Below, piece by piece: positions 1-13,282 of a stretch of 64,000 nt of DNA. The translations under genes and the position numbers were made by a program. Every line of letters begins with the position of its first letter. The first letter of the stretch is position 1. The notes beneath the pieces are model-generated. The model saw only the letters and a program-made list of their open reading frames with translations. It did not search any database and was not told the origin of the DNA. The stretch comes from Minutocellus sp. GHC0000111. Its lineage: Eukaryota. Location of the stretch: positions 124,001 to 188,000 of the forward strand of contig OZ361260.1 in NCBI GenBank assembly GCA_977018835.1, in the 5' to 3' direction.

Positions 1-155
1 ATATGTAACAGGTGCATAAATATTATGCGTGGTATGTAAATAGTGCTACTGGCATTGTGATTTATGATGTATATGTGATCCCTATGTGCGTTTTGGGCGC
101 CGGTGCCTATTTATTTGCCTCTGTATGTACTGCAACGATCCAATTCAGGATGTAC

Positions 156-1615
156 TCACTTCATTATCCACAAGTGCGTATTGCTATTGTCGACCTTGTC
201 ACATTCCTGAAATTTTATCTGCTCTCCATCGCGAGGTTCGTGTCCGGATGTCAGACAAAAGCTCTTATCGGCAAGGGGCGTGATCTTGCTCGGCTTCTTC
301 ATACACATACCCGCGAATCTTTGATCTTCCCATCTCCCCTTCCCTTCTTCGTCGCAGGGGTAAAGTCGAACACCATTGTCACCGCGCCGAGTCCAACAAA
401 GATTCTTGTCGTCTTTTGGTCGAATAGTGGGGCCCAATACGAGCCACGTCGTTGGGGAGTTGTCGCACTCCTCCATCTCCAGACTCCACTCGCCCTCTGC
501 TTCTGCACAGAAGCGAAAGTCCCGGTCACAATCGTAATTCATACTAGTGTCATCGTGCCAGCACCATTTCCGTTCGTAGTACATCTCAATTTTGCATTCC
601 TCCTTTCTCATCTTTGTGGGCGCAAATGTTGGGGATTCCGACGGGCTGGCCGTAGGCAACACACTGGGGCTTTGGGATGGCCGGAGGCTAGGTCTCACCG
701 ACGGCATGGACGATGGCACGGTCGAGGGCTGTTCCGTAAATCGAAAGGGATCTCTCTCTTGTGTAATCACCCTCTTCATGAACTTGTTCTCCTGCTTCAT
801 TACATTCCGTGCAAGCTTATCCTTGGTCAATATTGTTGTCCATGTTCGAGCTTTCTTTTCCGATTCGACCGTCGGTCGTTCCGTTTCCCGTACTTGTCGA
901 GTTGGTTTCGGAGTGATTTTTGCTGGAGCAAGCGAGGGAGTAAAAGTAGGAACGCCAACCGATGACGGAGAGACAGTTGGAGCACGTGCTTCTCCAGCCA
1001 CGCCCAATACCGCCTCATCGGCGGCGCTGCCTTCGTCAGCTGCATTATTGGTATTGACGCCCAAAGTAAAGTCAACAACTTCGGAAGCAATTGGATCAAT
1101 CTCGCACCGCATGGCACCTTCGCCACGACATTTGTATCCGGGACAACAGTTCCTGGGCAATTTGCTTGAAGCAGCACCGCACTCCTGCGCTCTTTTAATG
1201 ACGGGGCCGCCACAGGAAGTCGCATCATAATCTAGAGTTGCGGTCTCAGCATCATTCACCACGTCTTTGTTGTTACCATCGTCGGCATCATCCGCTCCTT
1301 CGTTCTCATCGTTGGCATTCTCCTCCTCTTCATCCTCATCTTTCCAGTTGGGGGAGTAACAATAATCGACGTCTGGTCGGTCGTCATCGCCCAATTTGCA
1401 GCCGGGAACTCTGCCCCCATCATCTCGTTGCCGACATATCATATCGCCCTCGCAATTGCTGTCCTCGTCGCAATCTCCCTCACAGAGTCCGCATCGTCGG
1501 TCATCGTCGCAGTCGCCATCTATCTTGGTTTTCTGGAGTTGCCTTCCGGGATTCGTGGCAGTGGCGGCAGCACGAACAGTGGCGCTACTGCCAAGGCCGA
1601 CGCTGGGAGCTTCAT
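156..1615 (-). CDS. Secreted frustulin-like acidic Cys-rich domain protein with S/T/P linker and C-terminal ricin-B-like lectin domain; one frameshift near 1585
   Basis: The frame of ORF 156..1442 extends upstream as ..KIDGDCDDDRRCGLCEGDCDEDSNCEGDMICRQR..VPGC..DYCY, which contains the CEGDCD motif. ATG at 1615 gives signal-like MKLPASALAVA in another frame. PSxxPS repeats follow. The C-terminus TIRPKDDKNLCWTR..VRLYPCD..WEDQRF..FCLT..QECD..W resembles a ricin-B trefoil. Confidence 0.7.
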
Positions 1616-1941
1616 ATTCCTAATCCTATCTTCTCAATATGGAGGCCGCATCCCTGGGTGCTTGGAGTTATTATTATTGGAGTTGGGGTTCAAATAATTA
1701 TTGAAGTCTTGTTACGTCGTTTTTGGCATGTATGTTTCAGTTGCGCGGCAGGGAGGCCTTTCATGTTTCCAATTTCGTTTCGACGTCATTAGGCCCTTTT
1801 TCGCCGCGGCATGCATGCATCCAGCATCCAGGCAGATAGGCCTAGATGGCCAATTGCCATGGCGCTCCATCTCACGCACATCCAGAACAAGCACGAGTCG
1901 CGCCATAAATGCTCAAACACAAAAGCGAATATTCCAATACC

Positions 1942-4900
1942 ATGTCACGTCGCCGAGAGGTGACCCTCGCCATAACTGGCATGACCTGCTCGTCCTGCTC
2001 GTCGTCTGTCGAGGCGGCCCTCCGGTCCGTCTTCTCATCTGCTGCTTCACCGACGGCTAATGGAGGTGGTGGTGCCTCCACCGAAATTACCATTGATATC
2101 ATCACCGGCGAAGGCAGGGTCGCCTTTGATCCCTCCCTCTTCCCCGACGACGACGACGACAATGCCGAGGGCGCAGCGACGAAAATGATTGATGCCATCG
2201 AAGCCATCGGTTTCGAGGCCGAACTCATCTCTGAGCGGAATGTCAACGTTGATAACAATAATACCGCCCCATCATCCTCGTGGAGGACGATGCAGTTCGC
2301 CCTCGAGGGATTGACCTGCGCCACCTGTGAGCAGGCAGTTCGCAATGCCATCCTGACTAGCGCTGACCTCAAGGGTCACATCGATGAGGAAAGTGTTCTG
2401 GTCACCCTATTGCCCGACGCTGAACTGAACTTGGACGTCGACACGTCTTCGGGAGTGACCGAGGAGGACATCATCGATGTCGTTGAAAGCATTGGATTTG
2501 GCATTGAGTTGATATCTTCAGTTCCCAGCAAAAGTGGTGCTGGACATGTGATGAGTGGGTCAGAAATGGAGGCTGGAGAGAGAACGAGAGAGCGGACCCT
2601 CTACATTACCGTGCAGCAGAACGTGGAGGCCGCTCGCCGTTGCTTTCAAAATCAAGATGCCGTCCAAGCGGTGGACATTGTAGACGATCGGACGAGCTCT
2701 CGGGGTAGTAGTAAGAAGAGGAAAAGAGAGGTATCTACCACTGGCCACAAAGCAGAAGCATCATCATCATCATTGGCCTCTACCTGCCCTTATTCTCCCG
2801 GAGGAACACTGCGGGTCGTGTACATGGACCATGAGATAGGAATAAGAACCCTCATCGATACTCTTTCTACCGACTCGACGATTACCGTCCTTGGAGGAAT
2901 TGGTGGGGACCTACCAGAAGTTGTAGATGCGCTGGGATATCAATCAAAACAAAAATCATCGGACATGCGTCGAAAAGATGAAATCAGGCGTTGGCGCAAC
3001 GAATTCCTCTTTGCCTTGGCCTTTGCGTTACCCGTCTTCTTCATTAGCATGATTTTCGTTCGGGTACCGGGCGCTCTATCCAAAGCATTCCATTCCATTG
3101 CTTTTCTCGGGGTCACTTGGGAAGAATTCTTGACTTGGGTGCTGGCAACGCCAGTGCAATTTGTTTCGGGTTGGAGATTCTATCGAGACTCGTGGTACAG
3201 TCTCAAAACGCGCCGGCTCGGTATGGCATTCCTCATTATGATGGGTACAAGTGCTGCGTATGGATATAGCGTTGCTGTGGTTTTGTACAACGCGCATCGA
3301 TACAACACCAGTGAATCATCAAGTGATACAATGCGATACATGGTAGCATTTGAATCGTCGGCTTTACTAATTGCTTTTGTGTTGCTGGGCAAGTATTTGG
3401 AGGCCAAGGCAAAGAGCCGAACATCAAAAGCAGTATCAAGCTTAGCTAATTTATCCCCAGAGACTGCAACTCTTGTGGGAGAATATGGAACTTCGATTCC
3501 AGAACGTACTATTCCGGCATCGCTTCTTCAGCGCGGCGACGTCTTACTAATCCGACCGGGCGAAAAGGTTCCGACGGATGGTCGGGTCAAGTCCGGTTCG
3601 ACATCCATTGATGAGTCTATGCTCACAGGAGAGAGCATGCCAGTAAACAAAGTCGAGGAAGACAATGTCATCGGTGGAACAATCAATCTCAATGGATCGA
3701 TCGAAATCGAGGTGACAACAATTGGAGATGATACTACCCTTGCTCAAATCATCCGCTTGGTTGAGTCTGCCCAGTCTTCCAAGGCACCGATCCAAGACTT
3801 TGCGGACCGCCTTGCGTCCAGGTTTGTTCCCTTTGTTCTCATATTTGCTCTCACAACCTTTGTGGTTTGGGCCGCGCTGCTGAATTCGGGTGCAATAGAT
3901 CATGTAAAGGACACCTGGCCCTACAAACAGCAAGGATTCACTGATTGGACCCTTCCGCTTTTATTTAGCATCAGCGTGCTTGTCATTGCCTGTCCATGTG
4001 CTCTCGGTCTCGCCACACCCACGGCTGTCATGGTTGGCACTGGGGTTGCCGCTCGTCTTGGAGTCCTCATTAAGGGCGGTGAGCCACTGGAAACAGCGAA
4101 AAAGATTACGGCCGTCTGTTTCGATAAAACCGGTACTTTGACTGAGGGAAATCCCACTGTGGAGGACATCTTGCTCCTTTCAACCAGATGCGCAGAGTTG
4201 TTGGAAGGCGAAAATGTGAAAGATGAAGAAGAGAAATGGGACGAAAATTCAAATCAGACTATTGCCACTGATGAACGGATAGAAGATGTCGAAACCCGAC
4301 CCCCAAAGGGCGGCCAGCTTGGAAAGTCTCTCTGTACAGGGCAAGTCACTGGTTCTGAGAAGAAGAGAAGAGTAAGTATTTTGGATTTATTGCGATGGAG
4401 AGAACCTCTGAATCCAAAGGATGAAGCATCAGCAATTCGTATTAGTCAAAGGACGCTGGATAACATTCTATTCTTTGCCGCGTCTGCTGAGAGAGGCTCT
4501 GAGCATCCCCTTGCCAAGGCCATCATTGCTAAAGCAGCAGAGAGGGGCATCGGGGAGGGTTTGGATCGGTGCCTTGTGCCTGTTAAGAATTTTGAAGCTA
4601 CGACGGGAACCGGCGTCCAGTGTGAAATTGAGGGACATACGATCTACATTGGCAACCGACGATGCCTTTCGGTGAATGATATCGAGGTCACAGAAGGAAC
4701 GTACGATGCAATGGCTCACCTTGAGAGCAAGGGGCAGACTGCAGTTGTAGTGTCTGTTGATGACCGAACAGAAGCAGTTATTGGTATGATTGATGAAGCA
4801 AAAGATGATGCAGCCCTTACCCTAAACGTACTGCAGCGGGCGCTTCGTATCAAAACTTACATGATTACTGGAGATAATAAACGTACCGCCTCAGTGATTG

Positions 4901-5838
4901 CCCGAGATATTGGAATCCCACCCGATCAAATTATTGCCGACGTATTGCCAAGTGGAAAGGTGGATTGTGTAAAGCGCCTTCAAGAGGAGGGAGAATGCGT
5001 TGCAATGATTGGCGATGGTAAGTTGTTGACCCGTCTGATCTGTTATTTTGATTGCTCAACTACATCTACTAGTATCTGGCGTCGTACCTAGGTACGAGTA
5101 ACTCATTTTCATATTTCCTTTACCCAATGACTTATTCACATAATCGCAGGCGTCAATGACTCCCCGGCTTTGGCCCAGGCGGATGTCGGCATAGCCAATG
5201 GTGCTGGTACGGACGTGGCTGTTGAGACTGCCCAAATTGTGCTGGTGAACAGCAAGCTAACGGACGTGATTCTTGCCATCGACCTCGCCCGCACCATCTA
5301 TAGGCGTATCAAATGGAATTTTGTTTGGGCTATGGGTTATAATACACTTGCAATCCCCGTGGCCGCTGGTATCCTCTACCCAGTTGTCCATGCTGCCTTG
5401 CCACCTTACATGGCCGCACTCGCAATGGCACTGTCTTCGATCTCGGTGCTTCTTTCGTCACTCTTGCTAGGTCGATACAAGCCTCCCCAATTTGAGAAAA
5501 AGTATGGCCGAGCGCAGCGAAATGGCATTCTTGCTCTTGAGCAGATTGGTGTAAGAAGCCAAAACATCGATGTCGTTGTCAAGTGCGAAAGTATGCTGCA
5601 GAATCTACCATGCTCTTGCCCCCCGGATCTATGTTCTTGTACCGGATGCAAAGAACATGGCAATGATGAAGAAGTTTCGTCCGAACAATTTGCTTCGAGC
5701 GAAATATTTTATCCGGGATGTCAAAGCAGTTGGGGAAAGGAATGCCAGTGCACACCTTGCCGTTGTCCGGTGAAAGGATGTGGTTCAACAACAGATGATA
5801 GCGAAACGACAACAAGCGGCTGCGCGGGTTGCCATTAA
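1942..5838 (+). CDS. Cu(I)-transporting P1B-type ATPase (ATP7/HMA5-like), 2 exons (intron 5018..5149), Cys-rich C-terminal tail
   Basis: HMA motifs GMTCSSC and GLTCATC; TGES, CPC, DKTGT, SEHPL; YN and MALSS Cu(I) ligand motifs. Removing the GTAAGT..CAG intron restores [11 protein letters not shown]. Confidence 0.95.
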
Positions 5839-5867
5839 ATAAGTTTAAAGAATTTTATCCAATTATA

Positions 5868-7559
5868 TTAATCCACATCTTCATACTCTCCCAGATCACT
5901 TTCGTTGTTGCTTTCATTCTTCTTTCTCTCCTCGATGATCTTCAATGCAGCCTCGACGATGTCGCCTTTGCATTCAAGAAGGGCATCGACGGCATTAGCC
6001 CGCGAGCAATAGTCTACCTGGCTCATCACGCAACGAATGTCCTGTTCGTAAGATGGATTGTTTCGGGCGAGAAGTACCTCCTTGGCCATGCTCGCAAAAT
6101 CAAACATGTCATCTTCTTCTTCATCTTCGTCGTCTTCTTCATAATAATCCTCGTCGTCCTCGTCCTCTCGATCCAAGTCGATGGTGCCGTGGATTCCGCA
6201 ATACGCTCTGTCATCAAATTTCCCGTGAACAAGCCGAGCGTAATCCATCAAAGCGAAATGGACGGGAAACATCTTCTCCCGGGTAAGAGGAGTGTAGTCA
6301 GAGGTGATCATGGTGAGGTGTCGATCGCATTGGAGTCTCTGTATTGATTGTGGGAGAGAGAGGAATCAGGCACAATAGGGTGAGTTGGAGCAAGACAAAA
6401 TGCAATAGGTTAAGATTCGATTCTTCTGAGCTACACACACCTCGAAGAACCAATGGATGAGCTCAGCCCGCACAGATGGTCGAAGTGCAAGTATCGACTG
6501 CTCCAGCTTGGCCAACTCTTTCTTGTAGATGCCACGGAAGGTGGGAGTGTTCTGACACGGAGGGAAACCCAGGTAACAGTCCTCGACGATGTGTGCGTCG
6601 CCTCTCAGAACTGCCATGGCTTCCTTCACATCGGCAAAACCCTTGACCTTGTGAAAGCGCTTTCCAATCCGAAGGATGAGCGCTGTCAGTGCACAGGGCC
6701 CACCACAAGATATCCGGCCAAATGAAAAGGATGGCGGAGCGTCGTCATCGAATAGTAGGTAGTCGAATTGGTTGCACACATCGCGGATGGAATCCAATTC
6801 GGCCTGGTTCGTTGTGAGACCACCGGTAATGGCAGCAATGCCCCAGCGAACGGCGCCATCAAAACAAGCTTTATCCTTGCACTTCTTCTTGTGCTTGCGC
6901 CAGTGCGCCTTTTGGCAGGAGCGAGAACAGTAGTACTCCTGATGGCATCGGGAGCAACCCCGCAGGATTCGTCCGCTGTCGTCGACGTTACCGCCCTTCA
7001 ACATGTGGAACTCAAGAGAATGTGTGGTCATGTGCAAACCTTGCTTCCCACAAGAGGAACAGGCGTCGGGGCAACTCTTCTGTCGTTGTGCCGACGTCCA
7101 TTTTTCGGCGATGTCGCCGCCGTTGCGGCTGTATACCAGTTTCTTGCTGAGCCCATACTCGAGCGGCGCCTTGAGGACCTTCTCGAGCTCACCGATGGTG
7201 TCAATGTTCCCCGCGGCGTAAACCCACTGCGGATCGCCGTTGAACAGATCGCCATGCTGACTGCAGCAGGTATGACAATGCTCGTCCAAATTGCGATCAA
7301 AGACGCAAACGGCCACGGCATGCTTCTCCACGTAAATCATGACTCGAACCTCGATGATGCCGGCATCATGACCGTCATCGTCCGGGTCCAGCGCTCGCGT
7401 CCGCTTGTGGCGCGGCATCTTCTTCTCCACAGCGATCATGGACCCGTCGAAATCCACCCGCCATGGCTTCGGATCGACCCAATCCATGGCGCTGTACCCA
7501 TGGCGGTTGGTCGCCGCCTTGATCTGGAAGGAGCCGAAGGTCGGTAGTACCGGCGCCAT
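5868..7559 (-). CDS. MYND zinc-finger protein with C-terminal NAC-alpha/HYPK-type UBA domain; intron 6339..6440
   Basis: CSSC...CSRCHQEYYCSRSCQKAHWRKHKKKC. A phase-0 GT..AG intron joins HWFFE to RLQCDRHLTM of ORF 5868..6311. The tail EQDIRCVMSQVDYCSRANAVDALLECKGDIVEAAL is UBA-like. Start uncertain (7559 or 7736). Confidence 0.75.
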
Positions 7560-8241
7560 CGTTCCACTTGAAGCAGAAAAATGAGCGGCCGAGCGAGCGA
7601 GAGCCGGCCGAGCCCTGGGCCAAGCAAGCCGGACGTGTGCCAACGCGGCAATTTGCAACTGGCGAACTGTACTTTTGACCATGCGTTGAGTTTTGCCAGC
7701 ATACCCGCGACCCCGCCAAATGCCAAATACCTTCATAAAATGAGGAATTGAAGCGGACGTAGCGCTGGTAGTTGCGTAGATTCTCGCATCTTACGTTCTC
7801 TGCATCGCGTTTCGCTTGGCTACCATTCTCTTGCGATACCGGCGCTACGGAGAGGTCGAGTCGAGTCCAGGTTTTTCCTGACCGGCAAGGGCGCCATCGA
7901 TTGAGTTTTCTCTTCAATTTGCACCTCTGCTCCTCTGTCTTTGTGCCGAGAGAGAAGTACGGTCCGGGGTGTGTGGCCGTTGGGTCCAAGAGAAGCATTC
8001 TCTACCAAGAGGGTGAAGGTTTCGTCGGTTGGCGAGATACTCCTCCACTCGCTGGTCGACTTGGAATTGCAGCACATCTTGTGTGCTTCTGTGTGTTGGT
8101 GTGAGTTGAACGCCGGCGCACAAAGAGAGAAAGAAAGCAAAGAACAATTTATTGATTGGAGCACAGAGTCAAGGCAACGGAGAGGCAGACCGCAAGAGCA
8201 ACACAACAACAGGTTGATAAAGTCGCCCCATCAATACTAGC

Positions 8242-11200
8242 ATGTCGCACTACCTGCATCCCAACTATGCCTCCCGGTCCCACTCGGAGGATCAGAGCTA
8301 CCAGTCCACTCGAAGCGGTGGTAGCCGATCCAGCAGCCGTCCTCGGTATCGGCATCAGCAGCAGCAGCAGCAGCAGCAGGGAGAGGAGGGCAGCCACAAC
8401 AGCCACAACCGGGCCTACTATTCCTCGGGGTCTTCGGAGGGAAATGAGACCGGATTGGTGAGTGGCACCGAGAGCGAGGGAGAGTACAGTGGAAGCCCTT
8501 CCAGAATGCTGCCGCATACTCGTACGACCACCACAAAGAACAATGCTGGGCTTCGTGTATACCCAGCTGATGCCGCTGCTGCAGGTCGTACCACAAGGCC
8601 AGATCCAACTCCAGCGTTGACGGCAAGTACAAGCAGCGGCAAGCCCAAGAAGTCGGCCCGCAATTTGATGCGCCTTCAGGCCGGCAAGGCCAATTTGGAT
8701 GGGACAGGCTCCAGCTACACGACGTCTACTGCAACAGCCAGGTCTCGAGCGAGCAGGACCGAGGTGGACAAGCTCCGGTTCCACATCAATACGTCTAGGA
8801 GAAATACTGCCGCCAACGTCAATTCCAATGCTGTCGCAATCACGCCGTCTCCTTCCCATCGACGCGTTCGGTCCAATCCTCAGGAGCGGTACGATGACTA
8901 CAACGATCCTGAAGTGGAACCGCTGCCCTCGCCAGAACCGTCTCCGCCGTCGTCTCCTCCTGGACTGAGAGGGAGCAGATCGGCGGACTATGAATCAGGC
9001 GGTGAAGGCCGCGGCGATGGGAGTAAATCGCCCCATATGCATACGGCCGCTGCAGCAGTCGCTCCATCTCGGCAGGCTCGCCTCCAGAGACATGTTCAGC
9101 GTCAGAAGGAATTGGGGCAAGAAGGAGAATCGAAGAAGTCGGTCTACTTTGGTCAGGATCAGTCCCTGCAGCAGCAGCAACAGCCGCCCGCCTCCCGCGC
9201 CATTCATTCCTCTCGATCGCAAGAGTCCGATGTATCGGCTCCCTCGCGTCGAGATTTTACCATGCTGGCATCTTCCAATCCGGCCACTGCTCTCAATGTA
9301 TCTCGTGATGGGCCGCACGCTACCATTGTGAAGCTCCGGCGGCAGCTAGATGACACTCTCGCGCAAAATGAACGCAGCAAGACGGCCCTTGCTCGAAGCG
9401 ATGCCGTGATCCTCGAGCTTCGCAAAGATTTGCGCGACGCTTCTAGTCGGCTGGCCAAGTCGGAGGGCGAGAGGGAGATGCTTAATCCTCGAGCAGCAGA
9501 GCTGGAAGAGGATTTGTCAACAAGCCAACGAGAATTGCATGAATTGCGTGTCACGGCCCAGGCGCGTACAAAGGAGTTGGAAATGATAACTGATGAGGTC
9601 GGGAGGGCAAATCAGCGAGATGCAGTCCTTGGCGAGCTGCAACTGAAGCTAGATCGAGCAGAAGCGCAGATATTGACTGCTGATATGCGCAATAAGCAGC
9701 TCGAAGAAGATTACCGACGCGATCGCGAGGAGTGGGAAATGGCCTTGGCAAGGAAAGAGGATGAGCTCGACCAATGCCGCGCAGAGCTTGGTGGCGAGGT
9801 GAGCAACCGAAAGGATGCCGAGCAATTCTGGAAGCAGAGCGCCAATACAAGAGAGGAGAGGATGCGCGAGCTCGAAGGTGAGATCGGTAGATTGTCAAAC
9901 ATGCTTCGCGAAACCAACGACCGCGAGGCGGCCATCCAGTCGGAACGAGAGGCTGATCGCGAGGCACTAGCTGAGGTTGACGAGCTACGGAGTGATTTGG
10001 ACGAGGCAGCCAAAGTTTTGGACGACACAAGGAACGCTCTGAATGAGGCCCTCGACGAGTTGGCAAAAGTGCGAACAGATAAAGACAGTGCTGAATGCGA
10101 CCGAGATTTTGTCCGCGAAGAGTTAGATATCCTTACAACAAAGCTAGAACAGGAGACCGGTGAAAAGAATCAGCTGGCGAAAGAACGAAATGCGCTGAGA
10201 GCTGAAAATGCAAGCCTCCGAAGTGAGCGAGGCCTAGCTAGTTATAATGAGAATCTGGCAACGAGTGAAGCCAAAGTGGGTGAACTTACAAGGCAACTTT
10301 CCTCAGCAAAGGAGGAAGCCAAGCAACTTCGGGCGAGACTCGGTACTGCTGAGGCTCAAGCCGCGGGCGCGCCCGATAAGGCATCTCTAGTCCGATCACA
10401 AATGGAGAAGGCTGAAGTTGGGAAGGCGAAACGAGAGCTCGAGGCCCAAAATGCCCGGTTGGAGAGAAAGTTGGAAAGAATACAGTCAGAGCGTGATGAT
10501 TTGAAGCAGTGTCTCGACGATGCTATGAATGAATTGGAGATTGCAGATGCGGGTGAGTATTTTTGAGAACCTGTCGCTTCTTCTTGTTCTACTTCTTCGA
10601 GACACCAGCTATATCTTTACTCACCTCTCTTGCCATTTGGTATCCTTTCCTGATTCGCTGATACTTCTCATGACATACGCAGAGGCAAAGGATGTGTTTG
10701 AGTACAAGAAGCGCAACGCAGAACTGGACGACAGGGTCAAGGATCTCGATAACCTCATTGTTCAGCGTGATACTGAAGTGAACGCACTGAAGCAGCAGAT
10801 CGCACTACTCGAAGAGGAGCTCCTTCAGAGCAGCGCAGTCGCGAGCAGCAGTAGGGGTGGTACTGGGGACATTTCTGCACAACCGTCCGTCAATTCTCGC
10901 GCCAGGATCGAAACTAAACGCAAAGCATCGGAATCCAAACTCCGAGCTCTCATGGGCCAGGTGACTAACTCCATCGATAAACGCAACCGAGATCCGGACG
11001 GCATGGGTGCCGTTCGATCCATTCCGCTGGACAGTGATGGAGATTCATCTAACACCGACGACGATAGATCAAATGCTGGTCTTCTCTACAGAGGACGAGT
11101 CGAAGAATTGAAAGTGAAACTCAAGACGACAGAAGAAACTCTCGAGATGACCCAGAGAGAACTCGAAGAAATGCGCCAGCAGGTCTCCTCGACGACGTAT

Positions 11201-13093
11201 GGGGCAGATGATATCGCTCGGAGTAAGAGTATGGATGCAGCCGACGCCGCCACATCGACGGGTGGGCGTGATCTTGCCAGAGAGCTGAATATGGAAAAGG
11301 CGCGCGCAACGTCTTTGCAGCAGCAGTTGTCCTCGGCAAATGATGCTGTGCGTGTCCGGGACGAATCAAATACAGATCTTCGCAAATCTCTCCAAGAGGC
11401 TGTATCTCTTCTCAAACCATTGAAGGAACATGTCGCTCGAGCTGAAGGCGAGAAGGAGGAAATAAGGAGAGAATTAGCGAGGTCGCAACAGAGCATAGGT
11501 GATCTCGAGAAGCAAATAGCTTCGAGAGGTGCCAATCCTACTAATAATGACAGCCCCAGCACTATTCTGCGGCTTCGTCAGAAAGAGCAAAATGTTGAAA
11601 GATTAGAGAAGGAGGTCGCGGGTATGGAGGAGGCATTATTTGATGCTCATTCCCAGCTCTCCGACGCTCAAGAACGCCTCGCGAGAACAGCAACCCGGGG
11701 CATCAGTGACGAATCTTCCACATCTTCATTGCGACCACTGGCACAGGCTTCCAACCAATCAACCAACGAAAATAGTGACGCCAACATCCGCATTCAGCTT
11801 CAACGTACACAGAATGACCTTGACGACAAGCGTAAGTCGGAGGAGCTTCTCAAACAACGCCTCGAAAGGGCACAAGGGCAGCTTCAAGCGAAAACCCGTG
11901 ACCAAGAAGAGCTAATTCGGCTACGTCAAACAGTCAAGGACACCGACCAGAGAGTAAAAGCCAAGGACGATGAGATCACAAGAATCCGCGAACAACTTCG
12001 CCAGACACAAGTCTGTCTCGACGATTTGACTGATACTAATGATCCCCGCGACGATATCAAACGTCTTCCTCCAGATGAGGCCAAGAAGCGACTGGCGGCA
12101 ACTCAATTCCGGGTATCTCAGCTTCAAGAGGAGCTTGCGTACCTCAACGAGAAAGTCGAAGCATCGACCGGCGCCGAGAAGAAGCTGAAGGAAAGCAACG
12201 CAAATCTCGAAGCTGATATCATTGTCATGTCTACCGATCTCGAGACTAAAAAGGAAGCTGAACGGACTCTGAATAAATCTTTGAAGGAAGCCGTGGATAT
12301 TCTGAAACCGCTCCAGGGGCACGTTATGACGGTTGAAAAGGAGAAGGCTGCCCTTCTACATCGCCTGAAGACCGCTGAGAGGCGTATCGAGGAGTTGGAA
12401 TCCTCATCCAATCGGGCTATTCCGCAATCTCTATCACCAGGACGGAACGACGAGCGCACAATTCGACGACTTGAGCAGGAGAAGGAATTGCTCGAGCAGC
12501 GAGTTCATCAGCTCGAACGCGATGCTGCTGACGCCGACCAACGAACGTTGGGGTCCTTCATGACACAGGATGTGCAGCGGCTGCAAGAACAGCTCGCCGA
12601 TGTTCAGAAATGTCACGAGAACACAAAAAAGATGCTAGACCAATCGGCCAAGACTAATGCAAGTCTTCTTCAAGATCTGAAAGAGATGGAGGATGAAGAC
12701 GAGGAGGCACAAGAGCAGATTGCCTCGCTAGAACAGAAGCTCATCGAGAAGGATAGAGAGTTGGCTGCCGCGAAACACATCGCTACGACTGCCATGGTGA
12801 AGGTAGATTCTATGAGTGTACATTCTAGCGTCGTCGGTGAATCACAAGATACAATTGCCGGGCTCCAGGAGGAACTTAAACGAGCCAAGCAAAAGAATGA
12901 TCGCCTTGTGGCCTCTATTCGCCAACGAGACCAACAGATCATGGGAAGCTCAGCGGATAGTGCGAGCGGCCGAGGAAGTGCGACACCGGTGGCCTCAGAA
13001 GCAAATACAGACGTAGGAATTTATCACATGAATGAGTTGGGATTTCAGCCAAGCGGCCAGGAGTCTGGGATTACTAGACGTTGGAGGAGCTGA
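8242..13093 (+). CDS. Large coiled-coil protein with disordered N-terminus; intron 10553..10682
   Basis: ORFs 8242..10566 and 10529..13093 are joined in frame by G|GTGAGT..CAG|AG. Long heptad-rich E/K/L/R sequence; CAG-encoded polyQ near 8356. Confidence 0.8.
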
Positions 13094-13282
13094 TAGAGCA
13101 TTAGAACATGAACGCGATTTAGGTGCGGACGACTTCTAAAGATCTATTGCGTGCAAATACTCAGATTTCCTCCTTAAAATGTTTTACATGTTGATCTGGC
13201 CAAGTGGTACTACAGGTAGACTAGCTACTAGTCTAGTACCTAGGTATATTCAATACCCTAGCTATTACATCTTCGGATCTAG

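Noticed and set aside
12..965. 317-aa plus-strand ORF and similar long antisense ORFs (6768..7547, 45391..46212, 34724..35431)
   Set aside because: They lie opposite better-supported genes and lack protein-like motifs.
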